NCBI GenBank assembly: GCA_023391095.1
Contig: JAEWBN010000014.1
Span: 70,276 to 134,275 of the forward strand
Source: Pseudomonadota bacterium
Lineage (GTDB): Bacteria > Pseudomonadota > Alphaproteobacteria > Rhizobiales > Devosiaceae
Length of the DNA: 64,000 nucleotides
Direction: 5' to 3'
Shown: piece after piece, positions 1-9,412 of the stretch
How positions within the stretch are numbered: the stretch's first letter is position 1
Layout: each line of letters starts with the position of its first letter
Notes under the pieces: generated by a model
What the model saw: only the letters and a program-made list of their open reading frames with translations
Databases searched by the model: none
Told to the model about the DNA's origin: nothing
Translations under genes and position numbers: made by a program

Positions 1-25
1 CAGGGATGAACCCGGGAACAAAGAC

Positions 26-925
26 ATGAACAAGCCGATGCTCAACACCATGTTCTTCACCGCGACCGTCCGGAACAAGCAGGCGCTGAGCCCCGGCATG
101 CTGCGGCTGACCTTTGACGGGCTCGGTGAAATGCCGGGCACCGGCATCCCGGACGAATATCTGCGGCTCTTCTTCCCCAACCGGGAGACGGGGCGCCTCC
201 ATCTGCCCCATATCGACGCCGATGGCCGCTGGACCTATCCCGATGGCGGGCAGAAGGCGATCTGCTGCTCCACCTATACTGTGCGCCATCACCGGCCCGA
301 ACGCGGCGAGATCGACGTGGATTTTGTCGTGCATGAAGGCGGCGTGGCCAGCGACTGGGCGCAGGCGGCCGCGCCGGGCGACACCATCACCGTCAACCGG
401 CCGCGCGGCCTTTATACCCCGCCCGCCGACATGGCCTGGCAGCTGCTGGTCTGCGACGCCACCGGCCTGCCGGCGCTGGCGCGCATTCTCGATCAGACAC
501 CGGAGCATGTGCAGTCGCGGGTCTTTGTGGAAGTGGCCGAGCCCGGTCATCAGCTGGCGCTGCCCGCGCATCCGGGCGCATCCGTTACCTGGCTCCACCG
601 CAGTGGCAATGGCATTGCCCCCAGCCGCATTGCGGAAGTTGTGCGCTCGACCCGCATGCCGGACGTGCCCGCTTATGTTTGGGTGGCCGGGGAACAGCGG
701 GCGGTTCGCGCCGTGCGCAAATATGTCCGGCAGGATCTCAAGCTGCCGCCCGAGCGCTACGAACTGGTGGGCTACTGGACCCATGAGGGCGAGGCCTGGG
801 AAGCGCAGTGGGAAGGCCTGCCCGCCGAAATCAAGGCCGAGATCGACGCGGTGTGGGATTCGGGGCGCGATATCGAGGACGCGCGCGATGCCTACTACGC
901 CATTCTGGAGAAGTTCGGCCTCTAA
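26..925 (+). CDS. Siderophore-interacting protein (ViuB/YqjH-like FAD-dependent ferric reductase)
   Basis: Motifs TYTVR, IDVDFVVH, DATGLPA, WVAGE and GYW; lies next to a Fep-type ABC importer. Confidence 0.92.
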   Translation: MNKPMLNTMFFTATVRNKQALSPGMLRLTFDGLGEMPGTGIPDEYLRLFFPNRETGRLHLPHIDADGRWTYPDGGQKAICCSTYTVRHHRPERGEIDVDFVVHEGGVASDWAQAAAPGDTITVNRPRGLYTPPADMAWQLLVCDATGLPALARILDQTPEHVQSRVFVEVAEPGHQLALPAHPGASVTWLHRSGNGIAPSRIAEVVRSTRMPDVPAYVWVAGEQRAVRAVRKYVRQDLKLPPERYELVGYWTHEGEAWEAQWEGLPAEIKAEIDAVWDSGRDIEDARDAYYAILEKFGL

Positions 926-947
926 TCTTGCGGGCGCCGCTAAATTA

Positions 948-962
948 TGACAATGACGGTCA
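948..962 (+). promoter_or_regulatory. Putative iron-responsive operator (RirA/IRO-type TGA-N9-TCA)
   Basis: TGA-CAATGACGG-TCA in an AT-rich context, 45 nt upstream of the siderophore permease. Confidence 0.6.
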
Positions 963-1007
963 GTATTGAATGACTGCCGGATGGGCGGTCCGAACTGCTG
1001 GCTGAAC

Positions 1008-2072
1008 ATGACCACGCTGACCGCAACAAGCCAGGACATGGCGCGCCAGGAAGCCCGACGGCCCGGCCTTGCCGCGTCCAATGCAAAACGGTCCGTTGGT
1101 CTGCTCGTTGCGTGCGCGGCGCTGGCGCTGGTGGTCCTTGCCAGCATTGCCGTGGGCTCCAAGAATATTCCGCTGACGACGGTCATCGAAGCGCTCTTTG
1201 CCTATGACGACAGCGATGATCACGCGATCATCCTGGCGCTGCGCGTTCCGCGGACGCTGCTCGGCCTTGTCGTCGGCATGGCGCTGGGCATGGCAGGCGC
1301 GCTGATCCAGGCCCTTACGCGCAATCCGCTGGCCGATCCGGGGATTCTGGGCGTCAATGCCGGCGCGGCCTTTTTCGTTGTGCTGGCCATCGGTCTTTTC
1401 GGCGTTACATCGGTCTCGGGCTATGTGTGGTTTGCCTTTGCCGGCGCCGTGGTCACCACAGTGGTCGTCTATGCCCTGGGGTCGGGGGGCAGGGCCGGCG
1501 CGACACCCGTGCGGCTGACGCTGGCCGGGGTCGCCATCGGGTCGGTCCTTTCCGGTATCTCCTCCGGCATCACGCTGCTGCATCCCGATATTTTTGACCG
1601 CATGCGGCAGTGGAATGCAGGCTCGCTGGTTGCGCCCGGCATGGACACCTTGCTGGTCATTCTGCCCTTTGTCGCGGTTGGCCTCCTGCTGGCGCTCAGC
1701 ATCGCCCGCTCGCTCAATGCCGTGGCCATGGGGGACGACCTTGCCGCCGCGCTCGGCGCCAACATGCTGCGCACGCGGATCGTCGTCATCGTCGCCTCGA
1801 CCCTGCTGGCCGGCGCCTCGACCGCCGCTGTGGGGCCGATCGGCTTTGTGGGCCTCATGGTGCCCCATGTCGCGCGCTGGATCGTCGGTCCCGACCAGCG
1901 CTGGATCTTTCTTTATACGCTGGTGCTGGCCCCCATGCTGCTGCTGGCGGCCGACATCATCGGCCGTGTGGTCATGCGGCCGGGTGAGTTGCAGGTGGGC
2001 ATCGTCACTGCCTTTGTCGGAGCGCCGGTGCTGATCCTGCTGGCCCGTCGGCGGAAGGTCAGCGGTCTATGA
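1008..2072 (+). CDS. fepD: Iron-siderophore ABC permease (FecCD family, FepD-like)
   Basis: TRNPLADPGILGVNAGA and GPIGFVGLMVPH motifs; hydrophobic; start uncertain. Confidence 0.85.
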   Translation: MTTLTATSQDMARQEARRPGLAASNAKRSVGLLVACAALALVVLASIAVGSKNIPLTTVIEALFAYDDSDDHAIILALRVPRTLLGLVVGMALGMAGALIQALTRNPLADPGILGVNAGAAFFVVLAIGLFGVTSVSGYVWFAFAGAVVTTVVVYALGSGGRAGATPVRLTLAGVAIGSVLSGISSGITLLHPDIFDRMRQWNAGSLVAPGMDTLLVILPFVAVGLLLALSIARSLNAVAMGDDLAAALGANMLRTRIVVIVASTLLAGASTAAVGPIGFVGLMVPHVARWIVGPDQRWIFLYTLVLAPMLLLAADIIGRVVMRPGELQVGIVTAFVGAPVLILLARRRKVSGL

Positions 2073-3130
2073 GCGCAGGGCGCGACATTGTTTTCGGTCG
2101 TCCGTTCAGGCCGGTGAGCCTGCTCGGGGGCAGGGTGCATTGGCGCCTCGACCTGCGCACTGCCGTGACTTGCGCTGTGCTTGTGGCCATCGCCATGACC
2201 GTAGCGCTGGCAACGCTTGCCTCCGGCGATTATCCCGTGCCCCTGCCTGACGTGGTGCGGGCGCTGCTTGGCCAGGCCGAGGGGCGCATCCACATGGTGG
2301 TTGTCGAATGGCGGCTGCCGCGCACGGCGCTGGCCCTGCTGCTCGGCGCGGCTCTGGGCATTTCCGGCGCGATCTTCCAGTCGCTGACGCGCAATCCCCT
2401 GGGCAGTCCTGATATCATCGGCTTTGACGCCGGGTCCTATACCGGGGCGCTGGTGGTGATCACGCTGATGGGCGGCAGCTATTTGGCCGTTGCCGGTGGC
2501 GCGCTTGCCGGCGGCATGGCGACCGCGCTCGTGGTCTATGTTCTTGCCTATCGCGACGGGGTGCAGGGTTTCCGCCTGATCATCGTGGGCATCGGCATTT
2601 CGGCCATGCTGACCTCGCTCAACACCTGGATGCTGCTGCGCGCCAAGCTGGAGGTCGCTATGACCGCCGCCATGTGGGGTGCGGGTTCGCTCAACGGCCT
2701 TGGCCTCGATCGACTGGGCTATGCTTCTGCCATCCTCCTTGTGCTTGTGCCGCTGGCGCTGGTGATGAGCCGCCCCATGCAGCAACTCGAACTGGGCGAT
2801 GATGCGGCGCGGGCACTGGGCGTCGATGCCGAGCGCAGCCGGCTTGTCCTGCTCGTTCTCGGTGTCGCGCTGACCGCCACCGTCACCGCAACGGCCGGAC
2901 CGATTGGGTTCGTGGCGCTCGCCGCGCCCCAGTTGGCGCGGCGCGTCACCGGCGCCGCAGGCGTGGCCATGGTGCGGGCGGCGGCGATGGGCGCCCTCCT
3001 GCTGGTGTCCGCCGATTTTCTGGCGCAGCGCGCCTTTGCCCCAACCCAGCTTCCGGTGGGCGTGGTCACGGTCAGCCTGGGCGGCGTCTACTTCGCATGG
3101 CTGCTGTTGCGCGAAGCCCGGCGGAAATGA
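2069..3130 (+). CDS. fepG: Iron-siderophore ABC permease (FepG-like)
   Basis: WRLPR and LTRNPLGSPDIIGF motifs; ATGA overlap with the upstream gene. Confidence 0.85.
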   Translation: MSAGRDIVFGRPFRPVSLLGGRVHWRLDLRTAVTCAVLVAIAMTVALATLASGDYPVPLPDVVRALLGQAEGRIHMVVVEWRLPRTALALLLGAALGISGAIFQSLTRNPLGSPDIIGFDAGSYTGALVVITLMGGSYLAVAGGALAGGMATALVVYVLAYRDGVQGFRLIIVGIGISAMLTSLNTWMLLRAKLEVAMTAAMWGAGSLNGLGLDRLGYASAILLVLVPLALVMSRPMQQLELGDDAARALGVDAERSRLVLLVLGVALTATVTATAGPIGFVALAAPQLARRVTGAAGVAMVRAAAMGALLLVSADFLAQRAFAPTQLPVGVVTVSLGGVYFAWLLLREARRK

Positions 3131-3963
3131 AGGACAAGAATATGAACAGGCATGAACCCTCGCTGACTGCCGACACACCGCGCCTCTGTGCGGAAAATGC
3201 ATCGATTGGCTATGACAAGCGCGTCATTTCGAGCGATCTCTCCGTGTCCATACCCGACCGCTCGTTCACGGTCATTGTCGGCGCCAATGCCTGCGGCAAG
3301 TCCACATTGCTGCGCGCCCTTGCCCGGCTCATCCGGCCGAGCAAGGGCAGGGTGGTGCTGGATGGGGAAACCATCACGACGCTGCCGGCACGGGAAGTTG
3401 CACGCCGGCTGGGCCTTCTGCCGCAAAGCTCCATCGCGCCCGATGGCATAACGGTGGCCGACCTTGTGGCCCGGGGGCGCTACCCGCATCAGCGGCTCCT
3501 CAAGCAGTGGTCGCGTGAGGACGAGGCCGCGGTGATCGCGGCCATGGAGGCCACAAAGGTTACCGAGCTATCGCACCGCTTGCTCGACGAGCTTTCCGGC
3601 GGCCAGCGACAGCGCGTTTGGGTGGCCATGGTGCTTGCGCAGGAAACGCCGCTGCTGCTGCTGGATGAACCGACGACGTTCCTCGACATCACCCATCAGA
3701 TCGAGCTTCTGGAGCTGATGCGGGACCTCAACCGCCGCAAGGGACAAACCATTGTCGCCGTGCTGCATGACCTCAACCACGCCTGCCGCTATGCCACCCA
3801 CATGATCGCCATGCGCAATGGCGCCGTGGTTGCCGAGGGCGCCCCCTCGGACATCGTCACGGCAGACCTCGTGGAAGAAGTCTTCGGGCTTCCCTGCATC
3901 ATCATCGATGACCCGGTCTCCCACACGCCGCTGGTCATTCCCAAAGGGTTCAGCCCAGTTTGA
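3127..3963 (+). CDS. fepC: Iron-siderophore ABC ATPase (FepC-like)
   Basis: Walker A GANACGKST, signature LSGGQRQR, LLLDEPT, LHDLN; ATGA overlap. Confidence 0.88.
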   Translation: MKDKNMNRHEPSLTADTPRLCAENASIGYDKRVISSDLSVSIPDRSFTVIVGANACGKSTLLRALARLIRPSKGRVVLDGETITTLPAREVARRLGLLPQSSIAPDGITVADLVARGRYPHQRLLKQWSREDEAAVIAAMEATKVTELSHRLLDELSGGQRQRVWVAMVLAQETPLLLLDEPTTFLDITHQIELLELMRDLNRRKGQTIVAVLHDLNHACRYATHMIAMRNGAVVAEGAPSDIVTADLVEEVFGLPCIIIDDPVSHTPLVIPKGFSPV

Positions 3964-4069
3964 CGCCGCCCCGACATCGTTGCCACAAGCCGTCCGCATG
4001 GGCGTTTGCCTCGGGCCTTCAAAGCACTATGGTGCGGTCCCGAATCCCGCGGAGCTTCCGGACACGCCG

Positions 4070-5077
4070 ATGATAGACCTGATCGCTGATTTCGATCTTT
4101 CGGCGCGCAACACGCTGGCCCTGCGCGCAAGATCGCGTTTCGGCGCCACTATCCTTGCCGCCGATGATGTTCCCGCCCTGCTCGACCTGACGGCGGAGCA
4201 AGGTCTCGCGCTCCGCGTCCTGGGCGGCGGCAGCAATGTGGTGCTTTCCGAATCCTTCGACGGCCTTACGGCCATCATGGCGATCATGGGACGCCGGGTC
4301 ATCGCAGACGGGTCGGACGCGACTATCGTGGAAGCCGGAGCCGGCGAAAGCTGGACCGACTTTGTCGCCTGGACCGTGGGTCAAGGGTTTGGCGGGCTCG
4401 AAAACCTCGTCAGCATTCCTGGCACGGTCGGGGCGGCGCCGGTGCAGAATATCGGGGCCTATGGTGCCGAACTGGCCGACTTTTTCCGCGAGCTGACTGC
4501 TTACGACCGGCTCGAGCGCCGCTTTGTCCGGATGGGTCGGGACGAGAGCGGCTTTGGCTACAGGGACAGCACCTACAAGCGCCAGCCAGACCGCTTTGTG
4601 ATCACGGCCGTGCAACTGCGCCTGCCCAAACCGTGGTGGCCGAATCTGCGCTTTGCCGGCTTGGCCGAGCTTGCCGACAAGCCCGGCCTGTCGCCGGCGG
4701 ATGTGATGAACCGGGTTGCCGCGATCCGCGCCTCGAAGCTGCCGGACTGGCGCGTCGAGCCCAATGCCGGGTCGTTCTTCCAGAACCCCGTCGTTCCGGC
4801 GGCGCTGGCTGCCGCCATCGTGGCCGATTATCCCGAAGCGCCCAGCTTTGCGCAGCCCGACGGCCGCCGGAAGCTCTCGGCGGCCTGGCTCATCGAGAAG
4901 ACCGGTCTCAAGGGCTTTCAGCTTGGGCCGGCCGGCACGTCCGAGCGGCACGCGCTCGTGGTGGTCAATCGCGGCGGCGCATCGGCGGCGGACATTTCTG
5001 CGCTGGCCGACCACATCAAGGCGCAGGTCCTCGCACGCTTCGGCGTGCCCCTCCATGTGGAGCCGGTGTTTCTCTAG
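4070..5077 (+). CDS. murB: UDP-N-acetylenolpyruvoylglucosamine reductase, type I (E. coli-like)
   Basis: GGGSN, IPGTVGAAPVQNIGAYG, FGYRDS, NAGSFFQNP and HALVVVN motifs. Confidence 0.93.
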   Translation: MIDLIADFDLSARNTLALRARSRFGATILAADDVPALLDLTAEQGLALRVLGGGSNVVLSESFDGLTAIMAIMGRRVIADGSDATIVEAGAGESWTDFVAWTVGQGFGGLENLVSIPGTVGAAPVQNIGAYGAELADFFRELTAYDRLERRFVRMGRDESGFGYRDSTYKRQPDRFVITAVQLRLPKPWWPNLRFAGLAELADKPGLSPADVMNRVAAIRASKLPDWRVEPNAGSFFQNPVVPAALAAAIVADYPEAPSFAQPDGRRKLSAAWLIEKTGLKGFQLGPAGTSERHALVVVNRGGASAADISALADHIKAQVLARFGVPLHVEPVFL

Positions 5078-5086
5078 GTCAGTCAT

Positions 5087-5111
5087 GGAACGGATCGGCG
5101 GCCGAGGCATT
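5087..5111 (+). promoter_or_regulatory. Putative EcfG/SigT (general stress) promoter
   Basis: GGAAC-N16-CATT upstream of a YghA-like SDR. Confidence 0.6.
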
Positions 5112-5136
5112 GGCAACGACGTCAATGGAGGCCCGA

Positions 5137-6030
5137 ATGACCGATCGTTTCACCATGCAGGATCCACGACACCAGTATCCCGCGCCCCCTTTTCCCCGCC
5201 AGCCGCAGGAGCCCCCCGGCATCGTTGCCAGGATGGAGCCGCGCCCGGACCATGGCGAGGAGAGTTATGCCGGCTTCGGCCGCCTTCTGGGCCGCAAGGC
5301 CCTGATCACCGGCGGCGATTCGGGCATTGGCCGGGCCGCCGCCATTGCGTATGCGCGTGAGGGCGCCGACGTCGCCATCAACTTCCTGCCGTCCGAAACC
5401 GAGGATGCGAACGAAGTGATCGGCTATATCGAGCAGGCCGGCACCAAGGGTATCGCGCTGCCGGGCGACATCTCCGATGAAGCCACCGCCCGCAAGATCG
5501 TCAAGGATGCCATCGAGCAGCTCGGAGGTCTTGATATCCTCGTCATCAACGCCGCGCGCCAGCAGGCCCGCGAGTCGGTCGAGGACGTCTCCAGCGACGA
5601 CTTTGACATGACGATGAAAACCAACCTCTATGCCCTGCACTGGATGGTGCAGGAGGCCGTGCCGCACCTGCCGCCTGGCGCTTCGATCATTACCACCACG
5701 TCGATCCAGGCCGTGGAACCGTCGGCGCATCTGCTCGACTATGCCACCACCAAGGCAGGCATCCTTGCCTATACCAAGGCCCTGGCTGAACAGCTGATCG
5801 AAAAGGGCATCCGCGCCAATGCCGTGGCGCCCGGTCCGTTCTGGACCGTGTTGCAGCCGAGCGGCGGGCAATTCCCCGAAAAGGTTGAGAAGTTCGGCGA
5901 AAGCAGCGCCTTTGGCCGCCCCGGCCAGCCCGTCGAGCTTTCCCCGGTCTATGTCCTCCTTGCCTCCCAGGAGGGCAGCTACATCACCGGCGAAGTGTTC
6001 GGTGTCACCGGCGGCAAGGGCTTGGTCTAG
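5137..6030 (+). CDS. SDR oxidoreductase, YghA/YhdF general-stress type
   Basis: PDHGEESY, TGGDSGIG, YATTK and NAVAPGP motifs; SD GGAGG. Confidence 0.9.
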   Translation: MTDRFTMQDPRHQYPAPPFPRQPQEPPGIVARMEPRPDHGEESYAGFGRLLGRKALITGGDSGIGRAAAIAYAREGADVAINFLPSETEDANEVIGYIEQAGTKGIALPGDISDEATARKIVKDAIEQLGGLDILVINAARQQARESVEDVSSDDFDMTMKTNLYALHWMVQEAVPHLPPGASIITTTSIQAVEPSAHLLDYATTKAGILAYTKALAEQLIEKGIRANAVAPGPFWTVLQPSGGQFPEKVEKFGESSAFGRPGQPVELSPVYVLLASQEGSYITGEVFGVTGGKGLV

Positions 6031-6055
6031 GGAGCCAAGTCCGACGCGCCGCGTT
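6031..6055 (+). promoter_or_regulatory. Putative EcfG-type promoter
   Basis: GGAGC-N16-CGTT, one mismatch to GGAAC-N16-CGTT. Confidence 0.5.
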
Positions 6056-6090
6056 ATCGCCGAGGCCGTGCATCCAACAGGAACCCATCC

Positions 6091-6300
6091 GTGAGCCACG
6101 ATCCCAACGACCCCTGGATTGATCCCGATTTCGAACGCGCGGTGCGCGAAACGGCCTATTTTCTCTGGGAGCAGGACGGGCGCCCGGATGGGCGGGAACA
6201 GCAATACTGGTTCGCCGCGCTCGACCGCTGCCTGCGCGAACGCCAGGCCAACGAAATGCTGCAGGTCGAACCGCGCAGCCCATGGCCGAATGGGAAATAG
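6091..6300 (+). CDS. DUF2934-family small protein
   Basis: VRETAYFLWEQDGRPDGREQQYWFAA matches the family pattern. Confidence 0.8.
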   Translation: MSHDPNDPWIDPDFERAVRETAYFLWEQDGRPDGREQQYWFAALDRCLRERQANEMLQVEPRSPWPNGK

Positions 6301-6304
6301 AAAC

Positions 6305-6381
6305 TGGTGATCCCGACAGGATTCGAACCTGTGACCCCAGGATTAGGAATCCTGTGCTCTATCCTGCTGAGCTACGGGACC
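6305..6381 (-). tRNA. tRNA-Arg(CCT)
   Basis: Reverse complement reads GGTCCCGTAGCTCAG...CAGGA-TTCCTAA-TCCTG...GGTTCGAATCC...ACCA; 77-nt cloverleaf. Confidence 0.97.
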
Positions 6382-6459
6382 AGCCGGTATCCGACCTAGC
6401 AGCGTGGTGGGCAATATTCAAGCTATCGGGAGGGCGGGATTTTGCGTTAGCAGGGGAGC

Positions 6460-6960
6460 ATGGCCCAGCCCGTTGACGTTCTGCTTTACCCCGATCCCCG
6501 CTTTTCCAGAGCCGCCCCGAAGCGGCCGCTCGATGCTGCGCTGATCGAGATCGGCGCCCGGCTCCTGGCCACCGCCCAGCACCATCGCGCCTATGGCCTT
6601 GCCGCCACCCATATCGGGCTGGTGGACCCGGTGGTCGTGGTGAGCCTCGGCCCGCCCGATAAACGCGACTATCAGCTGCTCTATAATCCCGAGGTCGTGG
6701 CTACTTCCGGTGCATTGGTGGGAGGGCCCGAGGGGTCGGTTTCGCTGCCGGGCATCGAGGTGGACATCATCAGGCCCGAAACGGCCGAGATCGCCTATGA
6801 CGATGGCGACGGCATCCGGCGCAGCCTCAGCCTTTCCGGCTTTGCCGCGCGGGTCGCCCAGCACGAGATCGATCAGGTCAATGGCGTCTTCTTTCTCGAT
6901 CGCCTGTCCCGCCTCAAGCGCGACGCCGCCTTGCGGCGCTATCGCAAGCTCGCGCGCTAG
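6460..6960 (+). CDS. Peptide deformylase-like protein with degenerate catalytic motifs
   Basis: Def fold with YGLAATHIG, EGSVS (canonical EGCLS) and HEIDQ (canonical HExDH). Confidence 0.85.
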   Translation: MAQPVDVLLYPDPRFSRAAPKRPLDAALIEIGARLLATAQHHRAYGLAATHIGLVDPVVVVSLGPPDKRDYQLLYNPEVVATSGALVGGPEGSVSLPGIEVDIIRPETAEIAYDDGDGIRRSLSLSGFAARVAQHEIDQVNGVFFLDRLSRLKRDAALRRYRKLAR

Positions 6961-7032
6961 TGTGCGTTCGGTGGCGGTTGATCCCCGGACCATGCTCGGT
7001 TAAACGGGGCGCCGTTACGTAAAGGAAGTCCA

Positions 7033-8158
7033 ATGCGCGCGGAAATCGAAAAGACCGTTGCCGAAATCGAGCAGGTTCTGACCCTGCTGAGGAGGCATCT
7101 TTGACTGGGATACAGCTCAACTCCGACTCGATGCGCTGACAGCGCAAACAGAATCTCCCGAATTCTGGAATGATCCGGAAAAGGCCCGCGTCACCATGCG
7201 CGAGCGCGACGAACTCGACGTGGCGGTCAAGACCGTGCGAGAGCTTGAAGCCGGCATCCGCGACAATGTGGAACTGATCGAACTCGGCGAGGCCGAGGGC
7301 GATGCGGATGTCGTGCGCGATGCCGAACAGGCGCTGCTCGAGCTCAAGGCCACAGCAAGGCGGACGCAGATCGAAACGCTGCTTTCCGGCGAAGTCGATG
7401 CCAATGACTGCTACGTGGAAATCCATTCGGGCGCCGGCGGCACCGAAAGCCAGGACTGGGCCAACATGCTGTTGCGCATGTATACCCGCTGGGCTGAACG
7501 CCGGAAGATGAAGGTCACCGTGCTGGAAATGCATGACGGCGAAGAAGCCGGCATCAAATCCGCCACGATCCAGGTGTCCGGGCACAATGCCTATGGGTGG
7601 CTCAAGACTGAGAGCGGCGTGCACCGGCTCGTGCGCATCTCGCCCTATGACTCGGCGGCACGGCGGCACACCAGCTTTTCGAGCTGCTGGGTCTATCCTG
7701 TCATCGACGACTCCATCGACATCGAAATCCGCGAGGCCGACCTCAAGGTCGATACCTATCGCGCCTCCGGCGCCGGTGGGCAGCACGTCAACACCACCGA
7801 CTCGGCCATCCGCATCACGCATATTCCGTCAGGGATTATCGTGGCTTGCCAGCAGGAGCGCAGCCAGCACAAGAACCGTGCCACAGCCATGGCCATGCTG
7901 AAATCGCGCCTCTACGAGATGGAATTGCAGAAGCGCGAAGAGGCGGCCAATGCCCAGGCAGCCAACAAGACCGATATCGGCTGGGGCCACCAGATCCGCT
8001 CCTACGTCCTGCAGCCCTACCAGATGGTCAAGGATCTGCGCACGGGCGTTGAAAGCGGCCAGCCCTCCGTGGTGCTGGACGGCGATCTCGACCAGTTCAT
8101 GGAAGCCGCGCTCGCCCAGCGGGTGGGCGTTGCGACAGACGTGGACGCCGGAAACTAA
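7033..8158 (+). CDS. prfB: Peptide chain release factor 2, +1 programmed frameshift
   Basis: ATG at 7033, internal SD AGGAGG 7090-7095, CTT-TGA-C at 7099-7105; GGQ motif; SPY at the SPF position. Confidence 0.97.
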
Positions 8159-8166
8159 GTGGATCA

Positions 8167-8196
8167 CACCGGGGCCGTTTCGGCCCCGGTGCTTTT
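8167..8196 (+). terminator. Rho-independent terminator of prfB
   Basis: CACCGGGGCCG-TTT-CGGCCCCGGTG followed by CTTTT. Confidence 0.8.
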
Positions 8197-9372
8197 CTAG
8201 AGCAGGGCCAGGAGCCGCTTGCCGCTTTCAAGGAAAGGCTTGGGGTCCAACGCCTGGTCGGCCTTGCGCACTTCGAAATGTAGGTGCGGGCCGGTTGAGC
8301 GCCCGGTCGAGCCCACCTTGGCGATGGGCGTGCCGGTCACCACTTTCTGGCCAACCCGCGCGATAAAGGCGCTGAGATGGGCGTAGCGCGTCACAAGCCC
8401 GTTGGCGTGATCCACCTCGACCACATTGCCATAGCCCGAACGGGCGCCGACATAGCTCACGACGCCATCGGCCGCGCTGGTGACCACGGTTCCGGTGGGA
8501 GCGGCAAAGTCGAGCCCGGCATGGAAAGCGCGGCCGCCGCTGAACGGGTCCTTGCGGTTGCCGAAGCCCGAGCTCTGCCGGAAATTGCCGGAAATGGGCA
8601 TGTGCACCGGTGCCTTGGCAATGCTGTCGCGCGCGGCCTTGTAGCGGAGCAGCGAATCCATCACCGCATTGGCATCCTCGATGGTGGGCGTGCCTTCCGC
8701 GCCGCCCACGGCGGCCAGCAGCGGGCCGCCCATGCCGCTGAGGCCGGAGGCCGGCAGCTCCACGCGAATGCCGATGCGCGCCATTTCGGTGACGATGCCG
8801 TCGGTGCGCTCGGTTGCTGTGCGGGCAATGCCCGTCATGGCGCGCTGCGTTTCGTCCATCATGCGGACCAGGCTATCGGCCGTGGCGGCAATATCAGGGT
8901 TGCCCGATGCCGTCCGCGCGACCTCGACCGGCGCCGCGCCGATGGACGAGAAGTCTGCCGAAGCAATGCCGAGTTGATCGGCCTTGTCGATCAGCACGCG
9001 CACCAACTGATGCTGTTCGAGCAGCGTTTCCTGCTGCTGGGAGAGTTCCTGGAGCTGGAGGTTGATGTCGCCTGCCTGAGCGTAATTGCGCGAATGCAGC
9101 CGGTCGATTTCGACCCGCATCTGGGCCAGGCGGTCTTCATAGGCGGCAATGACCATTTCGTTCTGGCCATTCATCAACCGGGCAATGTCGGGCGCCATGA
9201 GCAAGCCCGTGGCGGTCAGGGCGTTGGCGCCCAGAAGCAGCGTGAACATGCCGTAGAACAGGGCAGGGTGGATGCCCCGACGGACCGGCTTTTCCGGCTG
9301 CGGCAGCCGCTCGGCGAAACTGGCTGCGTGATGCACTCTACGCCCCCGTACAACAGCAACATGGTTACTCAA
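8197..9372 (-). CDS. M23/LytM metallopeptidase with N-terminal TM and coiled coil
   Basis: HAGLD and GPHLHFEV zinc motifs. Confidence 0.9.
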   Translation of the reverse strand: MSNHVAVVRGRRVHHAASFAERLPQPEKPVRRGIHPALFYGMFTLLLGANALTATGLLMAPDIARLMNGQNEMVIAAYEDRLAQMRVEIDRLHSRNYAQAGDINLQLQELSQQQETLLEQHQLVRVLIDKADQLGIASADFSSIGAAPVEVARTASGNPDIAATADSLVRMMDETQRAMTGIARTATERTDGIVTEMARIGIRVELPASGLSGMGGPLLAAVGGAEGTPTIEDANAVMDSLLRYKAARDSIAKAPVHMPISGNFRQSSGFGNRKDPFSGGRAFHAGLDFAAPTGTVVTSAADGVVSYVGARSGYGNVVEVDHANGLVTRYAHLSAFIARVGQKVVTGTPIAKVGSTGRSTGPHLHFEVRKADQALDPKPFLESGKRLLALL

Positions 9373-9412
9373 TCATGACGGGGTTTGGTTAAGAAACGGC
9401 GAAAGGGGCGGT

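Noticed and set aside
3818..4069. N-terminal extensions in the ORF track (murB; likewise SDR, dprA, purM, rnd, helicase)
   Set aside because: Homology and SD positions favour downstream starts
7033..7104. prfB as a pseudogene or sequencing error
   Set aside because: The stop lies in the canonical programmed frameshift site
9387..9392. TTAACC half-site upstream of the M23 gene
   Set aside because: No second half-site at N7 spacing; too short to support
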